Shown here: one piece after another, positions 11,896 through 25,500 of the stretch
How the letters are laid out: each line of letters opens with the position of its first letter
Position numbering within the stretch: the stretch's first letter is position 1
Assembly (NCBI GenBank): GCA_010015585.1
Contig: ML975169.1
DNA length: 62,982 nt
Source: Eremomyces bilateralis CBS 781.70
Taxonomy: Eukaryota
Strand: one strand, 5' to 3'
The notes under the pieces: generated by a model
What the model was told of the DNA's origin: nothing
Seen by the model: only the letters and a program-made list of their open reading frames with translations
Databases searched by the model: none
Position numbers and translations under genes: made by a program

Positions 11896-13779
11896 ATGCC
11901 GGGTGTTCCAGCACGCAGTGGTGGCCGTGCTCCCAGAGGCTGTGGCGGGTGTGGCCCTGACCCATCGCGCGCAAACGGAGTCCGATTGCCACCTGCAAAC
12001 GGACTCGGAGGAACTCCCCTAACACCTTTTTCTGGAACCAGCCAGAACCCAAGGCCATCGAACCCAGCAGGAGGATCAAGTTCAATTCGCAACAATACAG
12101 GTCGACCTGTCATTTCCGCTACCCTGAGACCTGCGCCACCACCAGTCAACCCGGCATGGACATCTTCGGCGCCGTTTCTTACGAGTGCCACTGCTATCAA
12201 CACGGGAGCCATCCAATCGAACACTTCTGAAACATATACTTTCCGTCGGGTTGCATCATCCGCCTCGGGATTCGCCGTCGCTCCTTCTAGACATCCTGCA
12301 TCAGCATTGGGCAATAGACTCCCCATCGACACCTCCGGCAACATGAACCCCCCGGGAGGTGGCTCAAACGCCAGTGACGGTGGGGGACCTAACCCCGGCA
12401 TCGACTGCTTTTGGGGGGAAAACTTTACCCCCTGGTATGGTGACAACAACCAACGAGCTGGCCAAGGCATGCCCAAAGTCGGCGTCGACATCGTAGCAGA
12501 GTCAGTGACAAACCCTGGTTCCGTTCGCGGTTCCCAAGGACCAGTTGCGGCGGGGCCAGGCGTCGTTGGAGATGGCGTCGGAACGAGGAGCATTAGGGGC
12601 TCAGAGGTGTCGATCCACCCAGAAAATCCTGACCCCACCCCGATCACCTGCTATGCGCCTTCGACGCTTAGTCGGGTGGTTTTAAACACCTCCCGGGACC
12701 GCCTTGCCAACATCCAGGCACACTGGAACATCGGTCGACTACAGTACGTGGCGCCGAGCTCGCGGAACTTCTACACAGTCACGGATGTTCACGCACAGTT
12801 GGTGAAGGCCGTGGCTCTCTGCAACGACCTTCGCGAGGAGAATGCGCGTCTCGGGGGTGAATGGAGTCGAGCAACCAATCACATCCGGCGGCGCGCAGAG
12901 GGCTTCATGCAGGCCGTTGCGGGGTGGCTGGAGGTCATTGACCGACGGGAGAAGAAGGAGGAGGCGCGGAAGCAAGTGTTGAAAGAGGCGGCAAAGGAAA
13001 AGAAGATCCGGTTGATGAACAGAGTCGCTACTCATGAGCGGTGTGTCACAAACTCTCAAGGTCAACAAGCGGGGCCATTCGCCGCGGGCGGTGTGAGCGG
13101 CCCGGTCGGCGACGTACAGAACGATAGCGGTCCGTCGAGAACCCAGGACGCGAACTCGCATGCTACTGCGGCCGGTACTAACAACCTTGAGGAAGACGGG
13201 CTGAAGGAGTCCGCAAGGGACCTGCGATTCCAAATGGATACTCTTCGACCGTACTGGGAGGCACTCAACACGGAGAATAACCAACTGCGACTAGAGGCTA
13301 GCCAGGCAAAGTTTCCCCTTCCCGCACCGAAGACACCGAAGGCACCGACAGCACCCGTCGTCGAACGCCAGCCTCTGGACCTGCTTACCGATGCCCCCGA
13401 GGACGCACAGATCAACCCGGACACTTCCATCGCCTCCAGCCCGAAGAAGCTCACCAGGTACACACTGCGAATGATCGAGCGAGAGGGACGGGTCGATATG
13501 ATCGCGAGAGAGCTCCAGTCTCAGGCCGGTCGGTCGCTGCCGGAGGATGCCGACGAAGCGCCATCACCCACAAGGAATCGTGCCGCCCCTGCAGACGAAT
13601 GCGAGCCGCGTTCGATCGACATGATTGCGAGAGAGATCCATAATCAGGGCAGACTGCGGGAGGTCCCCGGCGGAGTGCGATCGCCCGCGAGGAATCGTGC
13701 TTTCGAGGCGGACGAAGCAGCGGCGCTGTTGATCGATATTTCGGTGGAATCGGAAGCGGGAGGTGGGTACTGGGGCTGA
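11896..13779 (+). CDS. Hypothetical 627-aa protein (low-complexity N-terminus, central coiled coils, duplicated C-terminal motif)
   Basis: Long uninterrupted ORF. A canonical intron at 11724-11777/11780 (gtaagt...gctgac...tagcag) in the apparent 5' UTR suggests it is transcribed. No domain recognised. Confidence 0.7.
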   Translation: MPGVPARSGGRAPRGCGGCGPDPSRANGVRLPPANGLGGTPLTPFSGTSQNPRPSNPAGGSSSIRNNTGRPVISATLRPAPPPVNPAWTSSAPFLTSATAINTGAIQSNTSETYTFRRVASSASGFAVAPSRHPASALGNRLPIDTSGNMNPPGGGSNASDGGGPNPGIDCFWGENFTPWYGDNNQRAGQGMPKVGVDIVAESVTNPGSVRGSQGPVAAGPGVVGDGVGTRSIRGSEVSIHPENPDPTPITCYAPSTLSRVVLNTSRDRLANIQAHWNIGRLQYVAPSSRNFYTVTDVHAQLVKAVALCNDLREENARLGGEWSRATNHIRRRAEGFMQAVAGWLEVIDRREKKEEARKQVLKEAAKEKKIRLMNRVATHERCVTNSQGQQAGPFAAGGVSGPVGDVQNDSGPSRTQDANSHATAAGTNNLEEDGLKESARDLRFQMDTLRPYWEALNTENNQLRLEASQAKFPLPAPKTPKAPTAPVVERQPLDLLTDAPEDAQINPDTSIASSPKKLTRYTLRMIEREGRVDMIARELQSQAGRSLPEDADEAPSPTRNRAAPADECEPRSIDMIAREIHNQGRLREVPGGVRSPARNRAFEADEAAALLIDISVESEAGGGYWG

Positions 13780-14267
13780 AACGGGGGGATGGGATGGACG
13801 AAGGAGTGTGAACGAATACAGGGCATGTTCTAGAGACGTTGTTCCCGGCGGTCCGTCAGAAGGTGAACTTGAGAAAAACTGTGGAAGAACCCGGAATCAA
13901 TCAAGCTCCCTATCCGTGTCATTCTGGTAAGTTTCCGGGCTTGTGAGTGCTGAGTGGTTGGACTGACCTTTGGCTTTAGACATGGAATTCCGAATCCAAC
14001 GCTGGGAGAAGTTCTACGCAGAGGTGAGCCTGTACGCCTACTTGGCGGACGATGGATGGATGGATTCAGAGCAGTAGGGAAATTCAAACCATGAGAATGG
14101 ATGTTTCTAAAAAGACTTCCTAGAAAATGTCAATTATATTGACGACCAACTCTGGGGGTCTGAAACGACGCCATGCTCCCCGTGATGCGAATGTATCGGC
14201 GTTTCGTACAGTATAATACAGGTACCACTCCATCCTACAGGGAACTCCATCTATCGCGCTCATGATT

Positions 14268-15120
14268 CTACTTCTTCTCCTTCTCTTCCTTATCCACATC
14301 CCACTCGTTCCCTGCTTCCCATCCCCGCTGCCACACCTGCTGCTCCTTTAGCCGCTGGATCCTCACATCCTTATCATCGCTCTCATGGATCTTCTCCAAC
14401 TCATGCCTCCGATGTCCCTTCCGCCCCCACGTCGCATCCATCGGTCTCTCCGTCGGCCCATACACCGCGCGCTTCCCCTCCAACACAAACTCATCGCTCT
14501 CACTAAACGGCTGAAACCGCTCGAGCTTCCGCGCCAGCGCGTCCAGCTCCGCCTTCCCGCCCTCCCGCAGCGCGCACACCTTCTCGATGTACTTCGCTGT
14601 GCCCTCGGAGATGGGTCGGTCGTGCAGGCGCGCGTAAGTGATGGACTTAGCGGCGAGGTGGAAGCGCATATCTTTGGGGCCGTCGACGAGCTCGAGGATC
14701 GCGGAGGGCGCTTGGTCTTCTTTGAGGGGCTCGATGTGCAGGACACGGGTGTAGCCGCCGGCGCGGTCACGGTAGCGGTCGGCGAGGGGGCCGAAGACTT
14801 TGGGAATGAACTGGTGGGGGCGCTGCGAGTTGGATGGGAGAGTCAGCAAGTGTTCCCTCTAGGTGCTCGTACAGCGCCATGGGAAGGAATTAAATGCGGC
14901 TTACGAAGAATATCTGTTCCGCTCTTCGTTTTGAAGCCTCCGTCCCTTTCTTCCCTAGAGTGATGACCTTCTCGACGAAGCGTTGCGCCTCCTTGGCTTT
15001 GGGGAATGTGGTTCGAATGGTCTCATGCTGGATGACCGCTTCCAGTAGGTTTCGGAGGAGAGCTTTGCGGTGGGAGGATTTGCGGGAGAGATGTCGATAT
15101 TTGGGCCTTCCGCCGGCCAT
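14268..15120 (-). CDS. mrpl8: Mitochondrial ribosomal protein bL17m (YmL8)
   Basis: KYRHLSRKSSHRKALLRNL...HETIRTTFPKAKEAQRFVEKVITLGK | ...RYRDRAGGYTRVLHIEPLKEDQAPSAILELVD is the L17 signature. There is one intron. Confidence 0.93.
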
Positions 15121-15575
15121 CGTGTAGGAAGGGGAGGGAGGGAAAGGGAAGGGTTAGAGGTGAGGATGAAGTTGGTGTCCAAGCGAGGAAAGAGAGCAAT
15201 GGGTTAGATTATTGATGGATATTGGACTATATGGGTCATGATGAGGAGATATGGGCTTGTGAAGAAAGAACAAGTAGAATCCAGTACACCTGCTGTAGAA
15301 TGATCGCGTTGATGAAACCGAAAAGTTCAAGGTGAGGTCTTTCGGCCAATATTCGGATATTCCTCACGCTCAATATCGACGGGTCCAGATATCAATTCAC
15401 AGATGGAGTGACATCAACCTTGGACCTCCCAAATCGTTTATGTTTCGAACAATCCCAATCAATTGTTTCTCCCATTTCAATTTCTAAGTCAATCACGAAC
15501 CCAACTGCGACCACATTAGCAGGAATTGTAGCCGAAAAGCGTCACCGCATGCGGTGCCCCCCATAATCTCCAGCC

Positions 15576-16074
15576 ATGGGCTTCACAACTGGCTTCGTAT
15601 GCGTTTACAACCTTCGCATTTGCCCAATCTACTAACAGCCTATAGCTCAGCGGAATCACCATTACTACCTCCCTCCTCTACCTGACCGTCCTCTCCCAGA
15701 ACAGCACTCGCGCCACCCAACGCACCCTCCTCTCCCAACAGCGCGCTCTCCTCACGCAAACCTACGACCCGGTCCCCTCACTGCCGGAACCGCGAGCACA
15801 CACCGAAAATGCCGGACTGTCCGAGATGGCGAAGGATCGGTGGAACGCAGATGTGGAGAGGTTAGCGCGGTGGGCGAGTAATATCAATTGGGATGAGGTG
15901 AGGGAGCGGGTGGAGGTTGGGGCGGGCAATGTGTGGCGGAAGGTGAGGGAGGCAGGAGAACCGATGCGGGAACGGGTGGAGAATGCGGAGGTGGAAGAGG
16001 AGAAGCCGAAGGAGGTAGCGGTCACGGTTACGCCAGTGGAGAAGAGTCGGTGGGGGTGGGGGAAGTCGAGTTGA
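15576..16074 (+). CDS. mic12: MICOS complex subunit Mic12
   Basis: MGFTTGF|LSGITITTSLLYLT (intron 15597-15645)...EMAKDRWNADVERLARWASNINWDEVRE matches the fungal Mic12 pattern. Confidence 0.8.
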
Positions 16075-16646
16075 TGGGTTGGGATTGGCGCTAAGATACC
16101 ACTTTTGATTCAGAGCAATGTCATGGGTTAGCCGTGAGAGGGAATGGATGACTCTAATGCCGACTGGATTATCTCCGTATTGGTTTGAACAAGTATGGAA
16201 GCCGTGCGTCATTCCCCGCACTTTTTGGGGACATATGTCGTTCACGTAGTGGATTACGCCCATTCTGGCATTGGGGGTGATAAAGGTAGTATCATATGAG
16301 AGGGCTTGGATAACTCGATGTCCTCCTGAGGGACATTGGGGATCTAAGTCTCTCGCCTGCTAGGGTTTGGACGACCGAGTCCACTCGACCTAACGCTGAA
16401 GCCGGTAATGGATGGAATCTCCAATAAACTCGAACAGCACATCCATATGGCGAATTCCGAGTCGAAGGCTGGAATGATATAGTGCATAGTTTGCCGAAGC
16501 GTGGGTCATGCGAACAAAACTCGATTTTCGCAAGCTCTATTGAGTAATTGTACAATGGTTCCGCATCCTCCGACGCTCATAACCGAGGACCGTTTTCGTC
16601 AACAGAGTGGTATCTTCCTGCCATCGTCGCGCCAGGGTTTCAACGT

Positions 16647-17101
16647 TTAATGGGCGGCTTGCGTCTTGTTCCGAACGATGTGGTTTCGCGGGTCGTTTCG
16701 GTGTTCGTCAGCTGCATCATGTAAGTCATTGTTCGCACTCCGGGGGTTCGGTAGGAGCGCATACTGTTGGCCATCGCGGTTGCCATGCTGTTCACTCCGT
16801 AGAGGATGACGACGCCTATGATTCGAAGCTCGTTAGCCGGGTCGGATAGAGTTTCGTTACTAAGTTCGGGATATCGGGAGTTCGAGAATCGGCAAAAAGA
16901 GATCGAATGGGACACCATTTCCGAAAACGTCCAAGCGATTCTACTAATGCAAATCTAGGGAGCACATTGACACATACCGCTGATGTAGAAGGGCCACATG
17001 GGCTTCACTGAAAAGTTGTTAGCTTGCGCCGTCGAGCCCGGTGTCGACGCAATTGACGACTTACTGATTGGCGCAGGCCATTTTCTGCCGAGGAGACTCA
17101 T
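16647..17101 (-). CDS. atp18: Mitochondrial ATP synthase subunit j/i (4 exons)
   Basis: The spliced reading is MSLLGRKWPAPI|MKPMWPFYISG|VVILYGVNSMATAMAN|TDEHRNDPRNHIVRNKTQAAH*. KPMWPF and NDPRN are characteristic of the family. Confidence 0.9.
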
Positions 17102-17388
17102 GTTGACGATGATGGAGATTGTCGGTCGACGGGTTATAGGGAATGGAGGACGGTCGTTGATGTCGAGTTGGAGAGCTGGTGGTCGTGAAGTCGAGAAAGC
17201 AGCTACTGTGAGAGAGATGTTGAAGAGGGTCACGTGCACGGGAGCTCCGGGATGTTACGATGTTCAGCATCTTGTAAACAACAGACGCCCGGCTCGCAAC
17301 TCGCAACAGAAGCGTCTACCTCACAATAAAAGGAGTTTGAACGAATATTGGGCGTGTTTATTCGTCTACTCGTTTATATTCGCTCGCA

Positions 17389-17974
17389 ATGGCTTCCTCC
17401 CTTGACGGCTGTGTCGCCTCCCTCCGCTCCAGCATCTCGCTTCTCGACTCATCCATCAGCATCTTAGACTCCGGCGTAAACGATTTCCCACGACTTGCAA
17501 AAGTGCTCCAAACAACTCGAGTATGCTCTCTTCTTGCGGATGATGGGGTTATCCTGGCTAACTTTTAAACAGCACTTCGAGCTCACCTCCGAGTCCCAAC
17601 TTCAATCTGCCCAATCCGCACTGCTCTCTGAGATCAGCCCCGAAGTAGCAGCATTGCTCGATCGCGTTGCAGGCTATCTCGACAAGCTTGAGCGGCGCGA
17701 GAAGAGTCTCATCGCCAAATACGAGCTTCAAGCGGGACGACTCAATGAAGATGTCCCTGCTCCACGGCAAAACAAATTTCCACAACGGGAGAGCAAACCG
17801 ACCCGAAGCGGCAGTGCAGGCGCTAGCGGTGCCGGGGCTGCGTTAGGGAATATGAAGGCCATGCAGCTGAGGCAGAAGAAAGAGAGGCTGAGCTATGCGG
17901 TTGAGCGCCTGGAGATGCAGGCGAAGCAACAGGAGCGGCGGTTGAGGATGAGTATGGCTGCACCGGGACCTTGA
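17389..17974 (+). CDS. spc19: DASH/Dam1 complex subunit Spc19
   Basis: MASSLDGCVASLRSSISLLDSSISILDSGVNDFPRLAKVLQTTR|HFELTSE...LRQKKERLSYAVERLEMQ. There is one intron. Confidence 0.9.
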
Positions 17975-20900
17975 ACGGCCTCGTTGGGAGCGAGTCTAGA
18001 GATCTTGGTGGCCGCAAGGAAGTCAAGACCCATGCCATAGAGCTGGAGTCTACCTAAGCAGACGCTCACGGAGACACCTGATAGCGTTGTTTCCGAGGAT
18101 GGGATCACCACCCTAACGAAAGATGAAGGAGGGGGAGAGGCAAAATCGCACGCGCTCCGGTGAGCTGATGACTTTCCTAATCTGAGATTCTTCACGGGAG
18201 AGACCCCAGAAGAGAAGAATTACGCAGTATATTACTCGGGTACTCTCATCGTACGGTTCAGGGGGGAAGATCAGGATGCTAAGGATGAAGAGGGGCAATG
18301 CACCAGCCACTTCGTGTGAAGAGGAATAGAGTATAGACTCGAGCACGAGACTGGACACGAAAAGTGTCCCCAAGTTAAAGTTGAAGTTGAAGTACTCAAT
18401 GGCGCTATTAGGTCGGTTGGCATTGATTCTACGGTTTCCGTATCCGAATGTCGGTCTGGCTCTTCGCGGACATATCGGTCACAAAGACCTGCGATATCTT
18501 ATGCAGCACACAACGGCTCTGAAGCCAGGCGACGTCGCTCGAGCATCGAGACATTTCTACAAGATGCGCGACTTGGTGTTGCAATTGGCGCGCCAAATTT
18601 GCCTCACCACGCAGGCACCGGCACCGTCCCAGGAGTTACATAGGCAGGTTGGGTGTCGCGATTGATCAGGGACAGGGTCATCACTAAGGCTTGGGCGAAA
18701 TTCGACTGCTGGTATAAGGAAGCGATCGTTCGATAGAGTTCATTCTGAACTCCCTAGTCTTCATCGGACAAGAAATATCTAAAATCGCGTTCATCGCACT
18801 AGCATAGATGACAATTTTTTCTTTCGCCTGATTCTCAAGTCCGACTATTACTAGTAACTGGTCATCTGTTTGTCTAATTCATGCTAAGGCTCCGCGCAAT
18901 TATACTTGTGTAGGAGCTATCCATTATGTCTCGCCGTCCTGCTAGATCCCAAGAGCTTGGATATACTCCGACTGGTGTTTCTTGCGCCATCCAGTATCTT
19001 TTGTTCTCGCGCTCCCCCACAGGTTTCTGTATTTCACTCCTATTGTCTTGCATTCGGCAACGAGGTTGACGTCGCACCGAACGCCAACTTCAAGCGCCCT
19101 CGCCCCCGATAAAATGTTTCTTATTGATAATATCTCAAAGGTATGGCAGTCCTCCACCGAGAGGCTTCATCCAACTCTTGGGCGTATCTTGATAATCCGT
19201 TGGATCCTCGGAGAGCGCGGCGAGAAGTCGTGAAAACATAAAAAGATGACAATATGAGCAGTGATATATGCAATTGCTTCTTCGGCTCCAGCAGAAGAAC
19301 CTAATTGGTTCGTGTCCACCCTAAGCCTTTGTTCTCTATGAGACAATCTCTTGTCCCGACGAGACGGTTTGCTTACCTCATGTGTGTTGTCGACAACCGT
19401 CCCGAATGATTCTACACTTGAAATTTATGAAAGCATGTCTAGAGAGACGTGGAATGTGTGACATGAGGAACTTGTATCAACTATGTTTTCTAAACAACCA
19501 AGATCTGTTGAAAGAGAAACGAAAGCGGATGAACCATCTGCTTCTCTCAGCCTGTGTTATCCTCTCCATGGCAAGAAGTTAAGCCACAGTGTAGTCTTTC
19601 ATGCACCTACCAGCTTCTATGTCTTGATAGAAACTACACTATTCCATGCCTTCAGAAGCACTACGGCCTCAGTTTGGAGAAGATGCTACTCGGGTCTACC
19701 CAAGTCTACAAGCCCTCTACCGCCATCGCTTAGTGTCTGCAAGCTTTCTCTTTATGTATGCTGCTTCCCGAAGCCACGTACCTGATGTGTGGTGTGTCAT
19801 CCTGGTGACTTAGGCTCGAATGACCCCGGAGTAACCAAACAGTCTCTCTCAGGGATTAATATGAGATCGTATAGGTCTGGTACCCCTGCGGGTGCACCTC
19901 TTTATGGTCAGTCCAATGGATGCCCCCATTTCAGTTCGTGTTCTTGTGTCGAAATGAGGCTGCAAGGTCTCTATGGGCCATGCGCAGCTTCTGTGAGGCA
20001 AGTTGTCGTTGTTCCCGGACCAATTCACCGCTTCTGCGAGTGGTGTTCCTTTGCAAATGTCCCTCGTTATCACCACTTCCTCTTCACCTCACTTCTCATC
20101 AGTCATCCTACACTTCAACCGCCATGAGCATCACCATCTAGTGAGCAAGGATCGTCCCAATATCATCTAAATCTCTAATATAAGTCTGAGAGACTCCAGA
20201 GAAAGTTGGGTCTCGTCGCTGCGCTGTGCCATTGGCAGAGAGGATCACACAGTCGATCGCGACACGGTTCAAAATGGCAGTGAAAAGGCTGCATGTGAAA
20301 GCTGATGGATTTTGCGCCACCTCCCTGCGTGCCTAACTGCCTGTATCTGTGGCGGTGCACGGTCAGTGGTACACGTTGCACCGTCGAATTTGGACTGATT
20401 GCCAGATGCGAAATGTTAAAATGCTGGTTATGGGCTTTAAATCCTATTCCCCAATTCTCACAGCATTATGTGTTTTGGCGATATTAGAAGAGCGCAACTG
20501 CGATTCGTGGCTGCTTGTGTGGATGTCAGTGGAATTCAGTGGTCGAAGGCTGACGAAGGCCCTTACCGGCAACAAATAAACTCTGCGACGCTCTTTCTTC
20601 CGAAACTCTCTACTACACTCCTCGAATGCAGACTATTTATCGGCCGTAGGCTCTTCCTAGAAGCACACTAGACCAAATATAGCCCGGTAGTGAGGATGGG
20701 CTCGACCAGAGAGGAGTGGTGAACGAACCACTTGAAACTCATACTCCTCTTCGACCAGAGGTCACAACATCTGTACAGAAGCTTGAAATGCATAACGGGA
20801 TGGGCGGATACCGTTGCGCGTGTGCGTCGACTGACTCAGTCACCCGTGACGACCAGCATTATCTCTGACATAATAACACCTTCTGCCAAAGTCTCCTTGC

Positions 20901-22591
20901 TGTTTTCATGTCTTTTTTCCATTATCGACACTTGTACCCCATATATGTCTGCTTGAATCATGGCTCTAGCCAACAACACTTCTCCAAAAGCGCACTGCCT
21001 GACAGTCAACACCACAGCTTCCACTGAATATCGCGGTTAGAATCATGAAAGTAGTCAGCTAGTTCATCTTCATCAGCAGCCCGGTTGCTGTTACGTACTG
21101 GAGCCCCTTTCCATCTATCAGAGTATGACGTGTTTGCTTGTGTTTTGAAATGTAGACCTACACGACTCCCTATTCATTGCTTTGCAGATTTCATTTTCAA
21201 TCTGACGCACGTCGAATGCAGCTCCTCATTCTGAAATGTAGCTCCTCATTCTTCAAATCAGTATTTGGTCTCTGTCTACGGACGAGCGTATGGATTCATT
21301 GCCCGGATCAAATGGCACAGTGTAGCGCAATCATTTTGCTGGGCCTTCAATAGCGCAGATTGCTGAGACGTCTTTTCTTTTATGGACAGGTATTCACCAG
21401 AATGCACCCAATGCTCCCAATCTGCTCAATCTTCTGATTGATGGTCGCCCCCTAACATTCTGTCTGGATATGGTAGGAAATTCTTCGGTGTGGATTAATA
21501 GCTGCCTATATTGTGGCCGTCAAGTGGACCCCTGAAAGTTCACCTTCCACTAGCCGCTGGGCGGATCGATACCAATACACTCGTCAACGCGGTCTCCAGG
21601 GCGGTTAAAATTTGGGACAAGATGTTCGTCCTGTATTCAGTGGCATTCCATATTTGAGTTGGATTGTTGGCGAGATGTGGGTTATATTGCGTAGCTGATG
21701 GGTTGATTCAAGATCTGCACAACGCCACAACAATCGCACGCCGAGCTACTGTGTCCCATATTCGTCGGGCGAACATTCACCGACGGAAAGATGGGGAACT
21801 GCGGGAAGAGCTCGTCGAGGGTACAATCACGAGTCGAAGGGGTACGATGAATTCTTCGAAGCGACCTAGAAGATGAAAAAACAACAGTAGATTGGCCTTT
21901 CATTATTAGTCGGGGTGGATGCCATTGTCCCGTTCATCTTGGGGATTATATATCCCCTTCCAGTAGTATACAACACAAGGTAGACATATTTCTGTAGATA
22001 TCTTCTCATCAGAATCAACGCACAATTTCCCGCATTAGCATTCTTCTCCGTCCAGTTACCCGCGTAAGTGACCTGAGTATTTCGCATAGTGTTTGCCTGT
22101 GCTTCGTTGTCTTGGTATCAGTTGGAGGAAGAGGACCAGTACGCAGAGATGCACGCCGCAGATCAACCTAATTCACGGTATGGACGGTTTTGTTCTGCAT
22201 TTCCAATTACGAAAATTGGTAGCGATTGCGTCTCGTGGAATGAACTGGGTAATTAGAGAAGTCGGACTTCATTGTTAGCTAGCGTCGATGCATGATCAGT
22301 GGTACCGTGTGGTGGACATACGGTCGAGGCATGTGGCATGGATGGTGGGCTGATGGGCTCAAGGGGTGAGTCAGTCGCCTCAAGGGAAACAGACATTAGT
22401 ATAAGCAGCATCAGCTTCGGCGTTTGAGAAACACATGTTTTGGAAACTCATGTAAATAAACAACAACGATCGAAAGATAGGATATCAACATTCTCCGCAT
22501 CCAGTCCGCTAAACAAGATTCAAATTTTGTGCAGCAAAACGAAACGACCTCCGCGGTGAAACGAGCAAATCCTTCCTCCATTCCTCAACAA

Positions 22592-25500
22592 TTACTCTTC
22601 CTGATAGCTCAACTTTCGCATCTCCCCGAGCCGCTGCCTCGCCGCCGCCAACCCGTTCTCCAACTGCAGAATCTCCACCTGCTGCTCCATTTCCCGCGTC
22701 TTGAACTCATGCCCGCTCAACTTCGTATAATCCTCGGTCTCCGTATCCCCGCGGTCCCGGTCCGCGATGATCTCCCGCACGCGACTGACCAAGCCTCGGC
22801 ACGCGCTCGTGACCGCGCGGCTCGCCGTCTCCAGCCGCTCCTGGCTCTTGCTCATGAAGCTGGCCTTGACACGCGACGCGGCCACCAGCTGCGCCGTAGA
22901 CGCGGCAACGTCGTTGGACGCGACGATGAGGCGCTCCATCGACACGCCGCGGCCGGAGATGACGCCATCGGCGGTCTCGATGAGCAGGTTGGTCGAGGAG
23001 GCGACGGCTTTGGCGGCGGAGATGAGGCCTTCGGTCCAGCGGTTGTGTTTCTTGTAGAACGCCGCGCGGGAGGTGGAGCCGCGGCCTTCGCGGACGATTT
23101 CGTCTTGCGAGGCGGCGGCGGCGCGGATGAGTTGGGCGATGGCGGTGGTGATGGCAATGGCGGCATCGAGGATGGAGCTGGGAGGTGTTAGCGAATGATT
23201 CGGTTCATGGAGCTTCCCAAAACTGGAGCGTGTATACGTACTCGTGAATCCTTAACTCATAGGTGCTGTAGTCGCTGCGGTTCTTGTTTCGCAATTTGTC
23301 GAGGCGCTCAGAGGCCTTATCGATGGCTTGAGCGGCAGCGTTCAACTCGTTGTCGACCAAATTCTCCAGATTTTTGGCGTCCTTCAAGCTGCTCTTGCCG
23401 GCGAACTGCTCCGCCAGGTTGTTCAGCTCCTTCAAGCGTCGCTGCACTTCCAGATTGTTATGGATGACCACCTCCAGCTTGTGCTCGTCATTGTCGATGT
23501 CGGCGAGACGGTACGACATGACGCCGCGGAAGAACCCAATCGTCGATTGCGCGACTTGCCGAGCGCCGCCCAGGAGCGCATCGCTCTTCTTCTCGTCGGG
23601 CGCGAACCGGGTAAGTCCCTTGGTGTTGGACAGGACGTCGGCCGCCGATCCCGAGAAACTGTTGAGGGTACGGATCAAATCGCCCGTGTCGCTGTTCGGG
23701 CCGTCGACGATGAAGGCATTCATGGCGGTGCTGAAGTCCATGGCGTTCTGGCCCGCCTTCTCGATCTGACTGAGCACATACTCGCCGGACGCGTTCTGGT
23801 TACCCGCTTGCATGGTGCTGTCCAGCTCGTACAGCGCCTCGTCGACGCGAACCACGGCAGCTTGCAGCACGCTATCGATGAGATCCGAGACCTTCTGCAC
23901 GTTTGCGCGGAGCATCCCGTCGATGTGACCGTCGATGGCTGTGTCGGTATCCTGGTGCGTCTGTCGCAGCTCATTCAGCTCTAGCAGAGTCTGATCCATG
24001 CCCGCTTTGAAGATTTCGAGCTCCTCTTCCTTCTCTCGCAGCTGTCTTTCGAGATCCGTATCTCCATCCCGTAACTTCATGTGAAGGTCACTGAGCTGCT
24101 GAGACTTGCTTCGTAGTGCCTCCTCGAGGTCTGCAACCTCACGATTATGGCGGCTGAGCATGGCGCTCAATTCGGTACCCTTGCCTCGTTCAGCATTCTC
24201 GGCCTTGTCGAGTGCGAAGCGGAGCTCTCGCTTCAGCTTTTCGAGTTCCTCCTTATGCCCACCGGTCAATCGATCGCGGTCATGGAGTGCTCGATCTCGC
24301 TCTCTGATCATATCAGCAAGCTCGAGGTTTTTCGTCTTCAGCTCGCGCTCGAGTTTCTCACGACGCTCGATAGCTTCTTGTGCCGATGCGGCCTTGAGCT
24401 GAGCGGACTTGTGCTTCGCCAGTAGCTCGATGTGCTCGTTCCGTAATTGCGTATACAATTTAGCAAGGGCCTCATATTTCGACCGCCACGTGTTCAGCTG
24501 CTCTTGCAAAGCTCGGATCTGATCGTCTTTCGAGTTGATCTGCTGCTGGTAATTTGAGTTCAGCTGCTGAATCTCCGTCTCGAGAGCCTTCATTCGCTTG
24601 TCATATTGTTCGAGCATCAGCTGATCGCGCTCGTACTGCGCACGCGCTCTCAGGTTCTCTTGCTCGAGCTCGGCCAGTCGTCCTTGTGTTTGTTGCGTTA
24701 GCTGTTGCTGATACAACTGGTCTTGCGCAAGCCGTTGTGCATCCGCTTGGCGACGTTGCTGGTCCTCGAAATCTCTTTGGGCTTGCTGCGCAGCTTGTTG
24801 TTGCGCTAGCTGTGCCGCTTCCCATTGGTCTTGAAGCCGTCGTTGTTCCGCCTCATATTCATCCTGCTGCCGCTTCTGCTCATTTTTCCAGAATTCGTTC
24901 ATTGGTTCTGGATCAACGGAAGGCGCGCGGATAGGTTCTGGCGACGGTGGCTTCTCAATCTCCTTCGCTGGTCTTGCAGGTAGCCCCGGTCGCTCCTCGT
25001 CCTCTCCCAGGAGATTTGGAGGATCCTGTGGCAGCTTTGGAACAGTGATTAAGCTTGTCAGGTAACGCAAATTGGAGCACTCGTAGTAGAACTTGACAAG
25101 TCGATAGTGTTGTCCGTTGTATCGCTCCCGTAACGGCTCGAGTGCCTCGTCGTCGCCCAATGAAGTGTGCATGGCTCGAAGCATGCTTGTGATGAACTTG
25201 TAGATCCCGTAGGCTTCTTGAACAAGAGGTACTAGGGCAGAAATACGACATTCATTATTCGATCCGCTTCGGAAATTGGCGAATATCAACTTCTGGAAGT
25301 GCTCAATCTGATCTTGGAGGGTCATCAAGTCGGAGATCGTTTCATAGCTAGAGGCTTGTTAACTTCAACCTATTGGGGTAGGGAGTACGGCAACTTTGTA
25401 CCCTTCATTCGGATCGTTGATCGATTTCAAACTGATGTATTCCTCATACTCGAAAGTTCCTGTTGATAATGAGTATTGTCGCTGCGTCAGAGACTCTGGA

